Positions 1-13,100 are shown, counted from the whole stretch's first letter. The stretch is DNA of 60,976 nucleotides, filler included, from Dirinaria sp. TL-2023a (GCA_051941275.1; 7 parts of 7 records of this genome joined end to end with filler, not necessarily neighbours in it); one strand, 5' to 3'. Numbers and translations: made by a program. The notes: generated by a model from the letters alone, not told the origin.

Positions 1-918
1 TGCCGGCAACGAAGCAGCAGATGTTGCAGCCAAGGAGGCGACGGGCTGGAGGCGCAAAAGACAGCGCCGCGGAAGATATATTGAGGAGGACACAAACAAC
101 ACCGCGAAGCAGGCGGTGATAAGAGGCATATTGAGCAGTCCCCTAGGCACATGCATCAAAACGGCAATGGAAAAGAAGTGGCGCACGCAGTGGCAAAAGA
201 GCAGCATAGGAAGAGCGCTGCGCAATATCGAGCCACAGCCAAGAAAGGGAATATTGAAACTACACGAAAATCTGACGAAAGCGCAAAGCGCGATGACGGT
301 GCAGATGAGAACTGGAAAAGTAGGTCTTAGGCAATTCCTACATCGCCGGAAGGTGCCAGGCTTTGATAGCTCTATGTGTCAATGCGGAGGAGGCCATCAG
401 ACGGTCAAACATGTGCTGTTTGAATGCAGGAAGCATAGCACATTAAGAAGAGGCTTTTGGGATAAGGAGAAAAAGGAGGCGGCATGGGGAGAACTGACCT
501 TGAAGACGATACTAACGCGAACAGCTAGCCTCAAGAAGGCAGTCATCTTCATGAAAGGGACAGGGCTCCTAGGCCAATTTGGGGAGTCAAAAATAGAAGA
601 GAACGATAGAGAATGCGGTGTATAAGCGCCTAGTGCATTGGATCGGCAACTTGTTGCCACAGCATCAAATAAGAGGTAGGTTCAGAGGCGAAAGTGCCGG
701 ACGAAACCGCCTCAAAAGGAAAGCAATAATATAGGAAAGCAAATCGCCAGCAGGACTGCGCGACTGCAGGATGCACAGCTTCATTTTTGATGGAGCAGGT
801 GTAGAGGTGCAAGGGTGGCGCGTTCTGATTGGCTAGATATAGTATGACTAATGGCCGCATAGCTAGTCTTGATAGGACGGGCTGCGAGCGCCTAATGAAT
901 TAATCAATCAATCAATCA
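1..918 (+). mobile_element. 3' end of a non-LTR retrotransposon (LINE, Tad1-like): RNase H C-terminus, CCHC zinc knuckle, 3' UTR and (AATC)n tail
   Basis: Frame 2 is open from base 2 to 625. It reads AGNEAADVAAKEA (RNase H final motif), then QMRTGKVGL and CQCGGGHQTVKHVLFECRKH (C-x-C-x8-H-x4-C). The element ends in a small hairpin GTCTT-GAT-AGGAC (~866-878) and an (AATC)4 tail at ~902-918. The 5' end is cut by the contig edge. Confidence 0.9.
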
Positions 919-1872
919 AACCAAAAGATTGCAGGGAGGTGCAGCGAGAAACTTGACAGAAACTTATTTCTTTGAGAAGATCTTTCGCTGCATAACTATG
1001 GCTTTTCCCCTTCTCTCATACTATATCTACATAAGAACCTCGAAGCCTATCTAGTATCAAAATATCGGCATAAAAAAATGAATGCACTTCTCCTTTCTCC
1101 TCGGACTGAACGTCCAGCGTTAATAGGTATGTGTCAATATAAGTCTGTTCCAAATTCAGAAATCAATGCAGTGTCTGGAGTGTATTGCGGAGAGCTGTCT
1201 GATGTTTAGAGCTGTATGAAAGAGCACAAATTGAGGACTGAACGCCGAAAATCCATAAAGTCGGTTGATACCTCAAGTCGTCGATAGCCCTGTAAGGCTA
1301 TCTCCAACATCATCCCGAAAGTCGACTGTGCATGTTCTCAATAACTGTCGATCGGCATCAACAACGACATGTCACTTCATAGTCAGGCAGCTAAAGCCAT
1401 GACTAAAAGATCATTCGGATGCAGCCAGACTCACGCATGTTCATGAGCCCCATTTCCATTATGGTACTTTCTGTCATGCTACTCCGTACCCGCAATAGTG
1501 TTGATATGATCAGCAAGTCCGTTGACTCAACGGGCTAGTAGTCAAGCCTTCTCCTCCAATGCCAGGAGAATAAGGGGTATGAACATATTCATTGTGTTCT
1601 ACCTATTACTTTTCCAAGAAGGTGCTTCAAGTGAAAAAAATGTGTTAGCAACTAGCAATATAAACGAAGTGTGGGTGCGTGGCTAACATTTGATACGGAC
1701 ACACCGTGTCAGATTCAGTTTGGTTTGGGCACTTCAAAACAATGCACTTACTAATAATTGTGGACTCTACAATACTCCTGATGTTCTTTGCATACAAGGT
1801 GCCATAAGATCTGTTGGTCTCAGCATCCCTAGCCTTCGAAGATCGAGATCGATGATCTTCTGCTGACATAAA

Positions 1873-2884
1873 ATGGAGTCAACCAACGAACACAGCACGA
1901 ACGCTGAAGCAAGGTCCAGAAGTGAACCTCGTCAAAAGATCAGCGCTCGTCTTCACTCAGTCACAGCCAAGCTGGCATTTAAACCCCTGCTCCAAAAACT
2001 ACACTGTCTTCGCCTCGACCAGAATTCCTCAAGCGACTTAACCATGATTCCAGTTGCAACTCAACCACCTCAACATGGACGCTTGGTTCAGTACTCCAAA
2101 CTGGAGGATCTCCCTGCTGAGCTTATATCTGAGATCAGCAAGTCTCTAGATCAGGTGTCAGAGATCTGTCTTGCGAGCACATGTCGCATACTCAGATACA
2201 CTGTCCCCATCCAACCACCTCGCGACCGGACTCCCTGCGTCCGATGGCTACTTATGTGCCGAGTCGAAAAAGACTCCGAAACCCCAACCCAATCCTTTCC
2301 TTGTGCATTCTGCAAGGTCCGAGGGCCGCTAGCGGATTTCACAGGGACGTCACTCCGGCGCGCTCTCTCCAAAGATCACGCGAGAAAAGCTTGGTGTATC
2401 GACCCAGAAATCATCGATCTGAAACCGGTCGCTCGATACTGCTCTTATCACGCGCCCTTGACCGCTTGGGTCGATCTGGACCCTTCCCCGGGTCTGTCAA
2501 ATGACGAGCATCCTGTACGATGGACACGCGTGCGGAAACGCAGATGCATGCACTGCGGCGAAGCAATTGAAGGTATTGACAGCCGCTCAACTGGGTGTGA
2601 CAAGTGCGAGTGCGATGTCTGCCCTCGTGTACTGCATTATGCGTACATCAGATACGGGCCGCCCCAGACTCGGTTCGCTACTAGACCGCATATCGATACT
2701 CTCTATCAGTCGAAAGATGGGCTTGACCACTTCGTCACTGAGAAAGGAAGTAAGTAACCTTCTTCTATGTTTCTGGAGAAGGGGTTAAGGGGCACATTTT
2801 TGACTTGGTTACGCAGGCTTGGCCAAAATCCCGCTCAAATTGGAGGATGTCGTAACCAGGATTACTTGTAGTCAGGGGTGGTGA
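1873..2884 (+). CDS. F-box domain protein with Cys-rich C-terminal region
   Basis: LEDLPAELISEISKSLDQVSEICLASTCRILRY fits the F-box pattern. Several CxxC pairs follow (CAFC, CMHC, CDKCECDVC). A GTAAGT..CAG intron at 2750-2816 adds a short last exon ending at TGA 2882-2884. Confidence 0.7.
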
Positions 2885-4028
2885 TCACATTGCGCCGCCA
2901 TACAAAGAAGGCATGGAAGTCTGTTCCCTCGTCGAGAATTCGAGATGTGGTGTACGCCTTGAGCCCTACTAACCTAAAGTAACGATGATTTTCTTAGCCT
3001 AGCTATCATACGCTCCGACCAAAAAATATTCATTCATCTGGCATCCATGAAGCGAAGTGGAGTCCCTCATCAGAGAGAGAATAACCATGTGCTTTTCGAG
3101 GGGAAAGAAAGGTAATATCACCAGCTGCCTGACCTTTATAACCCCCATAATACCACCTCCAAAATCCGTTCGAAAAGGAAAGCCAGCCGCTGCTTGCATC
3201 TTCCTACTCTTTCGTAACCTCAATCACTCTACCCACTGCCATTACTACCCCGAAGACTTGTGCTATAGAACGGAAGAGTCATCATTCCGTCACTAGTAGT
3301 GCTCACACTCCTCATTCAAGCTTCTGAAACGACACATGAAGAAGCTCACTGTCGGATTTTAGCCTCGCGAGTCAGGCCGAGGTATACCCGAACTAACCCC
3401 GCGATATGTGCGGCCGAAGGGGCAGATGATGTTTGCTCTTTGAAAGATTCCTTTGACCTCTTTTATCTTGTTTGTTAGTACAGAAAACATGTATGCAAAT
3501 ACTAAGTGCCCATATGTATCTGCATCATGCCTCCTGATAGACTTTCCTTCTCCTCAATGCTGTCAGTATATTGCCTGCCCACCCATTTCATCACATGGTC
3601 ATCATCACCCCAAGTGTATAATTTGGAACAATACAGTCATTGTTTCGACATCAGTAGTACCGTACCATTCTCTATTCAAACTTTCGAAAAAATGCTTAAT
3701 GGAGCTTGAACCATTGTGCTGAGCACAAATTTCTTGTTCACAAAAGTATTGTACCTAATGTCTGCGCAAGAAAGGAAGTGTTGCACGTGAAGCTCAACAC
3801 ACTTTTTGATCTCAACACTTCGGTGCTTCTGTCACTAGATATGCATTATATATAGCTGTGTTACACTCTCACAGAACACTCACCAAATCAATTCGGTTTC
3901 GGAAGTTTCCTTGAGAGGATTTCTGCTGTATCACACAGATCCTCCTCCAATCTCAGCATTGCCGCCATCAAGAAGCCAGGAAGAAAAATTATCAAAATTC
4001 TACTTTATCACCACCATCTTCCAGCAGC

Positions 4029-4493
4029 ATGTCTCTTGTTGGACATATGCTCGTGAAGCGCTGGTACGGGGCCCTAGGTTTACCGCGTCACTCTGCAACT
4101 TGGTATACCGATCGTCTTGCGGAAGAGATCGAAGAACTCGGCGAGGCAAAAACAGCAGTGGAGAAGCTTAGCGAGAGCTCAGACGTATACTTTGCTCGTA
4201 CTCGAGCCTTCTACGACGGGTATCCAATCCTCGGCAACTATCCTCCCTCCTTCGGCACTGCCAAAGATATTCTGGTATACGCCTACATGATCGGGAAGAC
4301 TACATCGCGATGGGCTTTCTACCGAACGGCGGCGACTCTGGCCCGCGCGCCACGGGCCGATCTTGTTCGCGAAGTGGTGAACCCGAGTAAAGATTCCAAG
4401 CTCGAGGTAGTCGCTGCTCGTCATGGCATTGAACCCGCGACATTCAAGAAGGTCTGTCGTAGGTTGCGGTGGTTTTGGCCACTCTTTCCATAG
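4029..4493 (+). CDS. Intronless 154-aa hypothetical protein, possible MazG/all-alpha NTP pyrophosphatase-like fold
   Basis: Clean ATG-to-TAG ORF containing RLAEEIEELGEA..KLSESSDVYF (EExxE...ExxD). The fold assignment is inference. Confidence 0.65.
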   Translation: MSLVGHMLVKRWYGALGLPRHSATWYTDRLAEEIEELGEAKTAVEKLSESSDVYFARTRAFYDGYPILGNYPPSFGTAKDILVYAYMIGKTTSRWAFYRTAATLARAPRADLVREVVNPSKDSKLEVVAARHGIEPATFKKVCRRLRWFWPLFP

Positions 4494-5350
4494 GGAAGAG
4501 GCGGGCCTAGGGGACGGTACCGGGGTTTTGAATCTTAGAAATAATGGGCGGAGTTGTGGGCTGGGGCAAGGTGGGGAATGACTTACTAATGCTTGGTTTC
4601 TACGTGCTTAGGTGCCCCCGGAGTTTGAAATTGTTAATAGCACGCAGACTCCCGGACTTAGAGAAAGTGGCAGCGACTTCACTTAGTATTTTCTTACCCT
4701 CTTTTAAACTATAGACAAGCAGAAAATGCATGTTTCTTTCGATTGGACCTTGACTTCTTGGCTCGTGATTTCTTGACTTTATATAGCACCAAGTCCGGAG
4801 CATCATTTTTTACCCTCTTCCCTACTATACCTACTACAAATAAAGAAGCCACACAATTACTATTGTTCATCAACTTGTAACCACTTATATCTCGGATTTC
4901 TTCGACTGTAAGCCTTTTTTGTACTTTACTAAATCTAAGCATCAGCTACCTTCGCCAGGACAGACAGATTACGCGCTCTCAGTACTGAGTTACACTCTAT
5001 CCATCCAGAGATGTGCAAAAAAAAAAAAAAAAAAAGAGTAAGAATTGATGAGCTCGCTTCTTAGCCAAGTTTTGCAGTTCGCCAGAGTTCACTATCGAAT
5101 TCCAATGGTTGGGAAATGCCAAGGCGTTGCACATGTGAGTCACTTATCAGATATCGCATCACTCTTTCCTCAGAACCACCTTTTCAAGTCATCAGTCTTT
5201 CCACAAGCTCTGTCCATCTTACAATTACCTACTTAACTCATCTACACATCTAAGTTCGTCTGCCTTTTTAACTACTATTCCATAATAAGGAGTAAGACAC
5301 TCTTCAACCTTTGCCTAACTCATTCCCTATACTATATCAAGCATATCATT

Positions 5351-7181
5351 ATGTCTTCCATTCCTCCATCCGCAGTTGCTGGCTCTGGCTCTGGCTCTGC
5401 CTCCGTCTCACATCATTCAGAGCCTAGCGGCGAGTCTTCAGCTCCCAGCATCACGTCTCTCATCGACGATAGTGAGCAATATCGGATCGGTTACCCGGGA
5501 CCATTAGAGCCGCTGCCCCTTCAGACCGATATTGTTACAGATCCATCCCAGTGCCAGCAGTTCGAATTGGTTAAAGGTCAAATCTTAGAAGTCTTAGCCA
5601 CCCGCAAAAGTTGCTGGCAGATCATGAACCTAACTCTGCGCTACCCCCGTCACCATCAACGTCCAAGTAGATGCACTATCCTCGTTGACACCACGAAGAG
5701 CGATGCCGATGAAGCTTCGTGGACGAGAGCTTTTTACGATTGCGTAATCTTAATACAGGTAAACAAAGTTGACATGGGCATCGAATTTCAAGACCCTCGG
5801 TCTGTGAAGACGTTTTTCATACCGCACTGCGACCCCAGAATTCACCAACTTTGGGACAACCCTGCTAGTCCAGAGACGTCTATGAGGCGCCGCGTTTTGA
5901 ACATGCTGCAACAGCACGGAGAATGGTCCGCTATGACAGTCCTTCGCTACGGGGCTGAAGAGACTCACAGCCCTCTAGCAATAGTTATATCGACCAAAGA
6001 AGGCTCAAGGCGAGATTGGAACCAAGTGAAGTGAGAGATTGAGATTATTGTGGACGAGACTGAGTACAACTTCGAAGTCGTCTTCATTCGCAAATCGTCA
6101 CGGGGCATCTTCCGTCGTCTTGCCAGGCCCACTATTCAGTCAGTAGATGCATTCACTGGACCAGTAAATGCTGGAGCAAGCATTAGACCAGCAGGTAAAG
6201 CCTCTCCTAGCACTCTCGGGGGGTACATTCGGTGTCGGAAAGGCGATATGGTCAAGGACTTTGCTCTTACCAATTCGCACGTCATCGAGCCAGCGGACAT
6301 CACTACAGGTATGAGTCTCAAATTCCACAGTTTGTTGGACTAACTGACTTTGGCTACAACAGAAGAACAACTGCAGGGAATCTCATTTGGTTCTCAGGCA
6401 ATGAGCATCACCATAGTGTCTCCGGGAGAGATAGACAGCGAGCACACCTTAGAGACCTACGCTGAGGGGGTTAAAGCTCGACAGGAGGTCATTGACATAC
6501 TGCGAGAAAAGATTGAGTTGGGTATCGACGTTGAAAGAAACACAGAACGGCTTGAACTTCACGCTACCAAGCAGTCCAAAGACGAGGACCAAGTACAACT
6601 GATAAAACCGGCAACCTGCAATTTGGCACCCTGTACTGCTCCTCTGGATACACCAGCGTACAAGGTAGGAAGTACGTGAGCGACTGGGCTCTCATCGATG
6701 TACATCGAAATAGGTTCGGCCTCAGTACGGTAAGCTATCTTTGTCTCTTAATACAGTAGAGCCCAGGCTCACTTTCAACTTACTATAGGTGCCACAGGCA
6801 GACAGCTGGAGTAGGGGCACCCGATATTTACCTTATAATCTCACTTTGAGCGAGTACAAGACACACGTGAAAAAGGGGGACCAATTGTTCAAGAGCGGCC
6901 GAACAACGGGTAACACTTGGGGCACGTACACCGGCTTCCAAGCAGATCTCGACTTTGGTCAAGGAATTCAAACGGCTGAAGTCATATTGGGCTCAGAGAA
7001 CAACTTTCTGGAACCAGGGGACTCAGGAAGCTTCATTTACGACGAGGAAGGTTGTCTGGTGGGACTTGCGGTCGGAGGGCCGCTCGATCGCAATTTTGCG
7101 TATTTCATTCCCATCCAGCTGGTTTTCACAGAGATTGAGCATCTTACGGGTTGGAAGGTCGTGGTACCAACACCGATATGA
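5351..7181 (+). pseudogene. Trypsin-like serine protease (Ssy5/Nal1-like), interrupted by an in-frame TGA and a 1-nt frameshift
   Basis: Triad motifs ALTNSHVI (His), SDWALIDV (Asp) and EPGDSGSFI (Ser), plus STLGGYI and KSGRTTGNTWG. Introns at 6309-6362 and 6730-6788. TGA at 6032-6034 sits between two ORFs in the same frame. The frame changes at the A-run 6604-6607. Confidence 0.75.
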
Positions 7182-7314
7182 CATGCGACGTATACAAGTG
7201 GGAAGGATAGACAGACCACCGGCGAGCGCCGCGGTCAGGAAGGATATATAGATAGCTCACTGGACTGCAGTGACCTACATATACAATTGCTTGAAGTGAT
7301 TTCTGATTCGAAGC

Positions 7315-8296
7315 TCAATGACGCGTCTCCGCATCGCTTGGCGCAGTGCTGCCGCTGGAAGTTACACTGACTTCCACCACCTTCACCCCCATCTCCTTTT
7401 CGAGCGATGGAGACATTATGTTCCCCTCAGAACTCCCAGTGCTCCGCTGACTCGTGAACAATCCGACGCCCAAGCGTAGCAAGGGGCGAAGCGTCGGTAA
7501 ACAGCCACAAATGATCGCCACGCTCAACTCGATGAACGACCAAATGCAGCCGGTGACGTCGGTATCTAGAAAACATTATCCTCTTAGCGATCAAAAAAAA
7601 ATCGGCAAATCCGACAATGGGTCAAAACATACAGCTCGCATCGATCAGCGAAATGCCCGCCTCCATCGGCACCCTCCAGATACTGACAATGCAGACGAAG
7701 CCTCCCACCAAGAAGGTCGCGAGGACCTGCCACTTTTGCTTCCACGGCATCTGCAGCCTGTGCAGTAATGGCATTGGAAGACAGACGGTGACGATATCCG
7801 TGAGCGCGTTCAGGATCCCCATGATTTCGAGCTCGAGCATCAAATGGATACATTTTGCATCCCCGGAGGCGCCATCCCACGCAGCGTGGATCGGGATGCA
7901 TTGGAACATGATGGCGCAGAACTGGATGAAGCTATACGTGAAGATGAAGCCCCCCACGCACCAAAGCGCAATGTGGAAGCGCCGATTGGGGAAGATGCGG
8001 CGATACATCAAGAGAGCCGAGAACTTGACGCAGGATATCCCCGTGTTGTAGAGTAGCTGCACGGCGATTGTGATCTGGGTTACACAGAAGTATCAAAATT
8101 TTTGTACGTACGTACACACACAGTTTCACTTTCGTAGAAGATAATTTACTTGCCTTGCCATTGGCGACCGGGTCCTTGACAGCCATTGCATGCTTGGCAC
8201 TGTCGTATCCTATCACGCCGTACAGGACCCCCGTACATTCTCCGGCAGTCAAGATCTATCGGGCAAGGTTCGTGAGCATTTATTGGCCTTTGTTCA

Positions 8297-8346
<50 letters not shown>

Positions 8347-8541
8347 GTGGCTGACCAGCGCAACCAGCATCATCCAATCGTCGGCGTGATAGCCCGCCTT
8401 GATACGCCGAGACAGAAATCTCAGAGCCACAGCAGTAGCGGCCAGAGACATCAGAACAGCGTGCGAGACAATCATCTCTTTGCGTCTGTCTTGGTGAATA
8501 TGGGCTTGCTGGTACGCGATATCATACTTGGCTGGTGCCAT
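7315..8541 (-). CDS. PTH11-like (fungal rhodopsin-domain) integral membrane protein without CFEM, multi-exon
   Basis: VALRFLSRR..ADDWMMLVAL, CVKFSALLMYRRIF, NALTDIVTVCLPMPLLHRLQMPWKQKWQV, WSFIELSVAIICGCLPTLRPLL. Canonical introns lie between these blocks. Confidence 0.9.
8300..8343. repeat. (GA)~22 microsatellite inside intron 1 of the PTH11-like gene
   Basis: Perfect dinucleotide run read directly. Confidence 0.97.
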
Positions 8542-8645
8542 GATTTACGGACTGCGCGCCAGTTCGTGGCCAGCTGTGAATGGAAAGAACGGGAGATCGT
8601 TTGAACATCATAATAATGAATGGGATCCTGAGGGTCTTTTATGGC

Positions 8646-8745
8646 NNNNNNNNNNNNNNNNNNNNNNNNNNNNNNNNNNNNNNNNNNNNTTAATTAATTA
8701 ANNNNNNNNNNNNNNNNNNNNNNNNNNNNNNNNNNNNNNNNNNNN
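8646..8745. other. Artificial contig linker N44-TTAATTAATTAA-N44
   Basis: The identical 100-nt spacer recurs six times. Its core gives stop codons in all six frames. Confidence 0.99.
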
Positions 8746-10167
8746 TGATATGCGAAGCAGAGCGCCCAAATCAGAGCCAGGAGAGTGTACACCGATCTTA
8801 TTCCGATTATCCTGGGCAGCTTGCTCAGCGGAGAGGCGTGTGCTAAGCTTTCCAATCCTTTTCGTATCCGTGCTCGAGTTGAGCCTCTTGGCGGGGCGTC
8901 CAAGGTATGCGTAATGAGGCACCAGATAACGCAAAGGATACAGAAAGTATATATGAGCCATATCCACGGCAATTTTATGTGTCCTACCTTTACAAGGTTT
9001 CTTCTGGTACCGGGTTGCTGGCCACATACGAGATTTTGAGCTCCTTGCAAATAAAAGTTGCCATCAACTCTTGGGGGGGCCAGGCTAACATGATCGTCTT
9101 CGAACAAATAGGCCTTGCTCAAAGCCCATATGCATGCTGGAGTCAAAGCTGCAGTCGAAAGACCGACAGCGATTAAAGACAGAAAAATAATGTGCCATGT
9201 CAGGCGGGAGTAGAGTAAGATGCAACAGAGTGTGAATGTTATCGGCAGAAAACCGTTCATGGAGAGTGGGAAAGATAGCAGGATGTCGAATATGGGAGCC
9301 GGCTGCACATTTGCAGAATCGTTGTATGCTTGACGACTGAGGACCAAAACAGCGATCTCAATAGAGGAAATAAAATAGCACTGTGCTTTGTGAAATTCGA
9401 CCATAGCCGTGGACAAATTCAGGATATGGTTCTTGCTGCTCTTTGCCTTGGATGTTGGCCAAATGTACAGGCTCAAGAGCCCAAGACCAATAATTATCGT
9501 GAGAAACATTTGCATGAGCACAGATATAAATACCTCGACTCAATCAGGTCATTACGCCATGATTTGTACGGAAAGACTTACCCCAATTCCCCCTAGATCG
9601 GGGTTCAGTATGTCTGGGGGCACGGATTGCACTCACGCAAGTTTGCAGTCTGTGATGAAGGTCTGCAAAATCCCAGGAGCGGAAAGCAGTAGGGAATAGG
9701 GCTTGCTCACTACAAGCGCCTATTGAAGACGAGTCAACTAGGTAAGTCCCGCCTCTGATACCTTTTGCCAGCCTATCCATAGCTGTACTAACAGCAGTCC
9801 TGACTGTGAGTGTGTAGGTCGCATTGCTTGCATTGAAACCTAGGCTTTCGAAGCGGCCGAGAAGGGAAACAGGTAGTCCTGAATTGTTAGAAGCGTTACT
9901 AAGACTGTGGAAGTCCATGAAGGTCGTAGTTGCCCATAAACCGCATGTGAGTAGGTTGTTCGGCATCACCGGCTCCTTCTCCTCTATAATTTTGATACCG
10001 GTTATGAACATTACAGTACCGTCATCACACACCGTTGTGCAGTTTGAAGCGATTAGGTCGCCGTCATCGGTGATGTACTGGCACCCAGGAACAGTAGCTG
10101 GCCAGTTTTTGCCATGGAAATCTAGCCATGGTTGGATAGGTGAATTTTTCGAGATGCCGTCTGTCAT
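8746..10167 (-). pseudogene. Multi-pass membrane protein of a fungal family with an LNPDxGGIGV motif; frameshifted and truncated by the contig end
   Basis: The Cys-containing N-terminal ORF (9544-10167) needs a 1-nt shift near 9612 to reach ILNPDLGGIG|gtaagt. It resumes as VFISVLMQM..MVEFHKAQCYFISSIEIA with many hydrophobic segments. The predicted acceptor (GAG) is weak. Confidence 0.6.
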
Positions 10168-13100
10168 TTCTGATGGAATTAGATGATGAGTGGGCAGAGT
10201 GATTCACGGCCGTCCATTTTGTGCAGTCCGGTTTCCCAGTTTCGGACCGCCTTGATAACGAGTCTCTGCCCCCCACCTGCCTGTACCCGAAATTACTTTT
10301 CTGTGTGACCATCAGTGGCTCTTGCAAGTTGACACCTAATTAATTTGGCATGTGGGTGAGCAAGACATGACTCTGACGACAACTCCATGAGACATCAGAC
10401 CACAGCATGTTTTTACAGATGACATCTGCCGTCGGGCATGGAAATCAGCTGGAATCCCGTCACCATATCAGTAGCATTATAGCCCATGCTTGAAGCATCA
10501 ACGTGGCTCAAGGTACGCATAGGAGTCGCTCATCGGCTTATTGCCATACGAAACTCCGTTGTCAGGGGCTTGTGATGGGTAAAACCATGCTCGATTTAAA
10601 TGCGATGTACAAGATAAGAATTGGATCAATAGTATCGGGGGTGACTATTCGAGAAGGAAAACAGAAACAGACGTTAATCATCGGCTTGCCTCTAGCCTGA
10701 TACTTACGAGAATGGCCCACAAACATGAATTCGACTTGTACAAGAGGTACGATTGGCTGATTGTTGCTGTGTGATCCATTAACGACATGCACACTTCCGT
10801 TCAAGTGCCTTATGCAGCGTGAACTCTTCTCTCTTGGCACAAGATGGCAGGCTTAGCAGGAAACGTTCCGACGGGGAAGTGGGTCTTATTTGGCCCTGAG
10901 CCACGTTAAAGGATGAGGATTGATTTCGATTCATTAAGTTGAGCTGCCGACAGTAGCCGAGGTGCGAAGCGCAATGCCTTTGACATTCTGTATGTAGGGG
11001 TCCGTCATCCGACTTTGAGGCAAAGTGGCCATTCGTGCATGATTCTCTTATTCGTGGTGTTACCGGAGTGGGCCCAGTGTTTGAACAAGTTGGTGCCGGT
11101 GCTGTGCTAGTGGTGGAAATCTAAGGAGATTAATGCTTCATAATTAGCACTGTCTGTCGTGAGAGTGAGCATGTACGGTTTCAATAAAAGTGCGAGTACT
11201 AACTCAGCATCCGACTTCGCGTAGCCTATTCAATTTGATATGAACAAGAATGGCGACGTCAATTTCTGCATAATCTGAGGTAGACAGCTGTGATCAGTGT
11301 TGTATACACATAGCCTGGGTATATCTTCCACGGTATTGTGATGGTGCTCTCATTGCTTCATCATATGGTGGTGGAACAGCGCCAAATTGGCATTTTGCTC
11401 CGGCCCCTCGTTTGGATGATGAAGGCATAGGAGTTATCGCGGCCAAGCACACAGCACAGTAAAGAAAGCATTTAAGCAGTCCGAAATCGAGCTTGATAGC
11501 CCTCAGCTGTCCATCAATAGACGCTCAATTTGGTTTTGAAGTGAAGTTTACATCGCAGCTCAGACACAAACCCTTCCAAGACAGTAATGCTTCGAAGACC
11601 TTTTCATAGGTGCAGCCCGGGTGTGCCGACCGTGGCGTGTCTGGAAAAACAATCTCAAGTTCAGACAAGTATCGACGATGAAATCTAGAGGCAGGTCATC
11701 TGGATCAAAAGTGCCAAACGGGAATTGTGTAGAGTCTCCAACCCTAGAGAACAATGATGGGGTCGCTAAAATGATCGATCCATTTGTACAGCCAAAGGGA
11801 CAATCCCAAAAAGCCTCCGGCCGATCGGTCATTGTCCACCCAAGATCAAGCTATGGTAGTGATGAAACGAGCAACAAGCTATTCAGCTTTCAGCCGCAAA
11901 AGAGTTCAGAAGACAATACACTGCATGGAGAGACTGCTGGTTGGAAAGCACCTGCAAGATGAAACTAGGACTTGTGATTCGGAAGGAACCGAATGATAGG
12001 CGACTGGACAGTGGAGTTTCCAGTGAGGCTATCGCATGGAGCTAAATAGATTTAGTGGTACGGAAGTGGCCAGCAGCTTGGTCTAGGCGATAGATTTGTG
12101 TTTTGAAGGGTGTTGCGAGGAGTGAAGTTTCATAGAAAATCCCATCAGCATGCTGCAGTATTTGCTTGGTTGCTGACTCCGAATGGCAGAGGCTCGATCT
12201 TGGAGTATCTTCAACACCGCACACTGTCTGGTGCGTCTGGGATAGCTTAATCAAGCATAGAGCGGTACTCTCCTGATTAGTCCAAAATACGTCCGTACAC
12301 CGAGACCATCGAAAGCAAATATGAGGTAAAGAGCCACCTTCCGCGCCCTATCGTCCACATGAGGATCCTACACGGGGCGCACCAGAAGATGCTATCTTCA
12401 GCTGCCGTTGACATAGTTTGGGTAAATGACACAGGTGGCCCAGAATCGTCGTCATAGCAGTGTTTAGCTTCAATTTCTAGTAGTAAGTAGGTGTCACTGG
12501 TAGTACCGGTGAAAAGACAAGGCGCTGGCCAACCTCGCTCCCGGCCATAGGCAAGCGTCGATCCTAGAAGAAGGCGTGGAGAAGCAGTGGAAGGGTTAAA
12601 AGTCGATACCAGTAGGTACTAGCAAGGCAGGTAGTGGTAAGGTAGTCAGACTACTGTACATAAGCGAGCCACTGGAGCCCGAATACTTCCCATATTTCTA
12701 TTTTTGCTTCGGCAGATTCCCCACAACCTAAGCGAGATGTTTCATAGATTGGAAACGAATGTGAGGTCTGGTGACTTGGGGATCTAGGGTTGTCTTCAAG
12801 CGATCCAGCTGTAAATCGGTCATGGAGGGTTTCGGATCCCGGACTAAGATGGCGGTGCGACTCCTTGAAGGTTTGGGGGTGGCTGATACCTGACTCGTCC
12901 GCATGAAGACAGCGAAAATCCTGTCTTAGGCAGATTCGCTTAACGGTAACGTCTGCATTCGCGAATCGGCAAATTGCAATTTACGTGTAGCTCGACGCCG
13001 ATGGGAAGGAAACGAGATTCTGGAGAATAGATCAAGATGATAAGCGACCACCAATCTGGCATCTCCAGACCCGGATCAATTAGGTGTTGATGCCTTCCTG

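Noticed and set aside
8690..8701. Regularly spaced palindrome TTAATTAATTAA as a biological repeat
   Set aside because: Always centred in 44+44 Ns; it is a six-frame-stop assembly spacer.
11560..13000. Possible decayed HET-domain gene on the - strand (fragments such as PQTFKE and *SWVD)
   Set aside because: Only 4-6 residue resemblances in different frames; cannot be distinguished from chance without a profile search.
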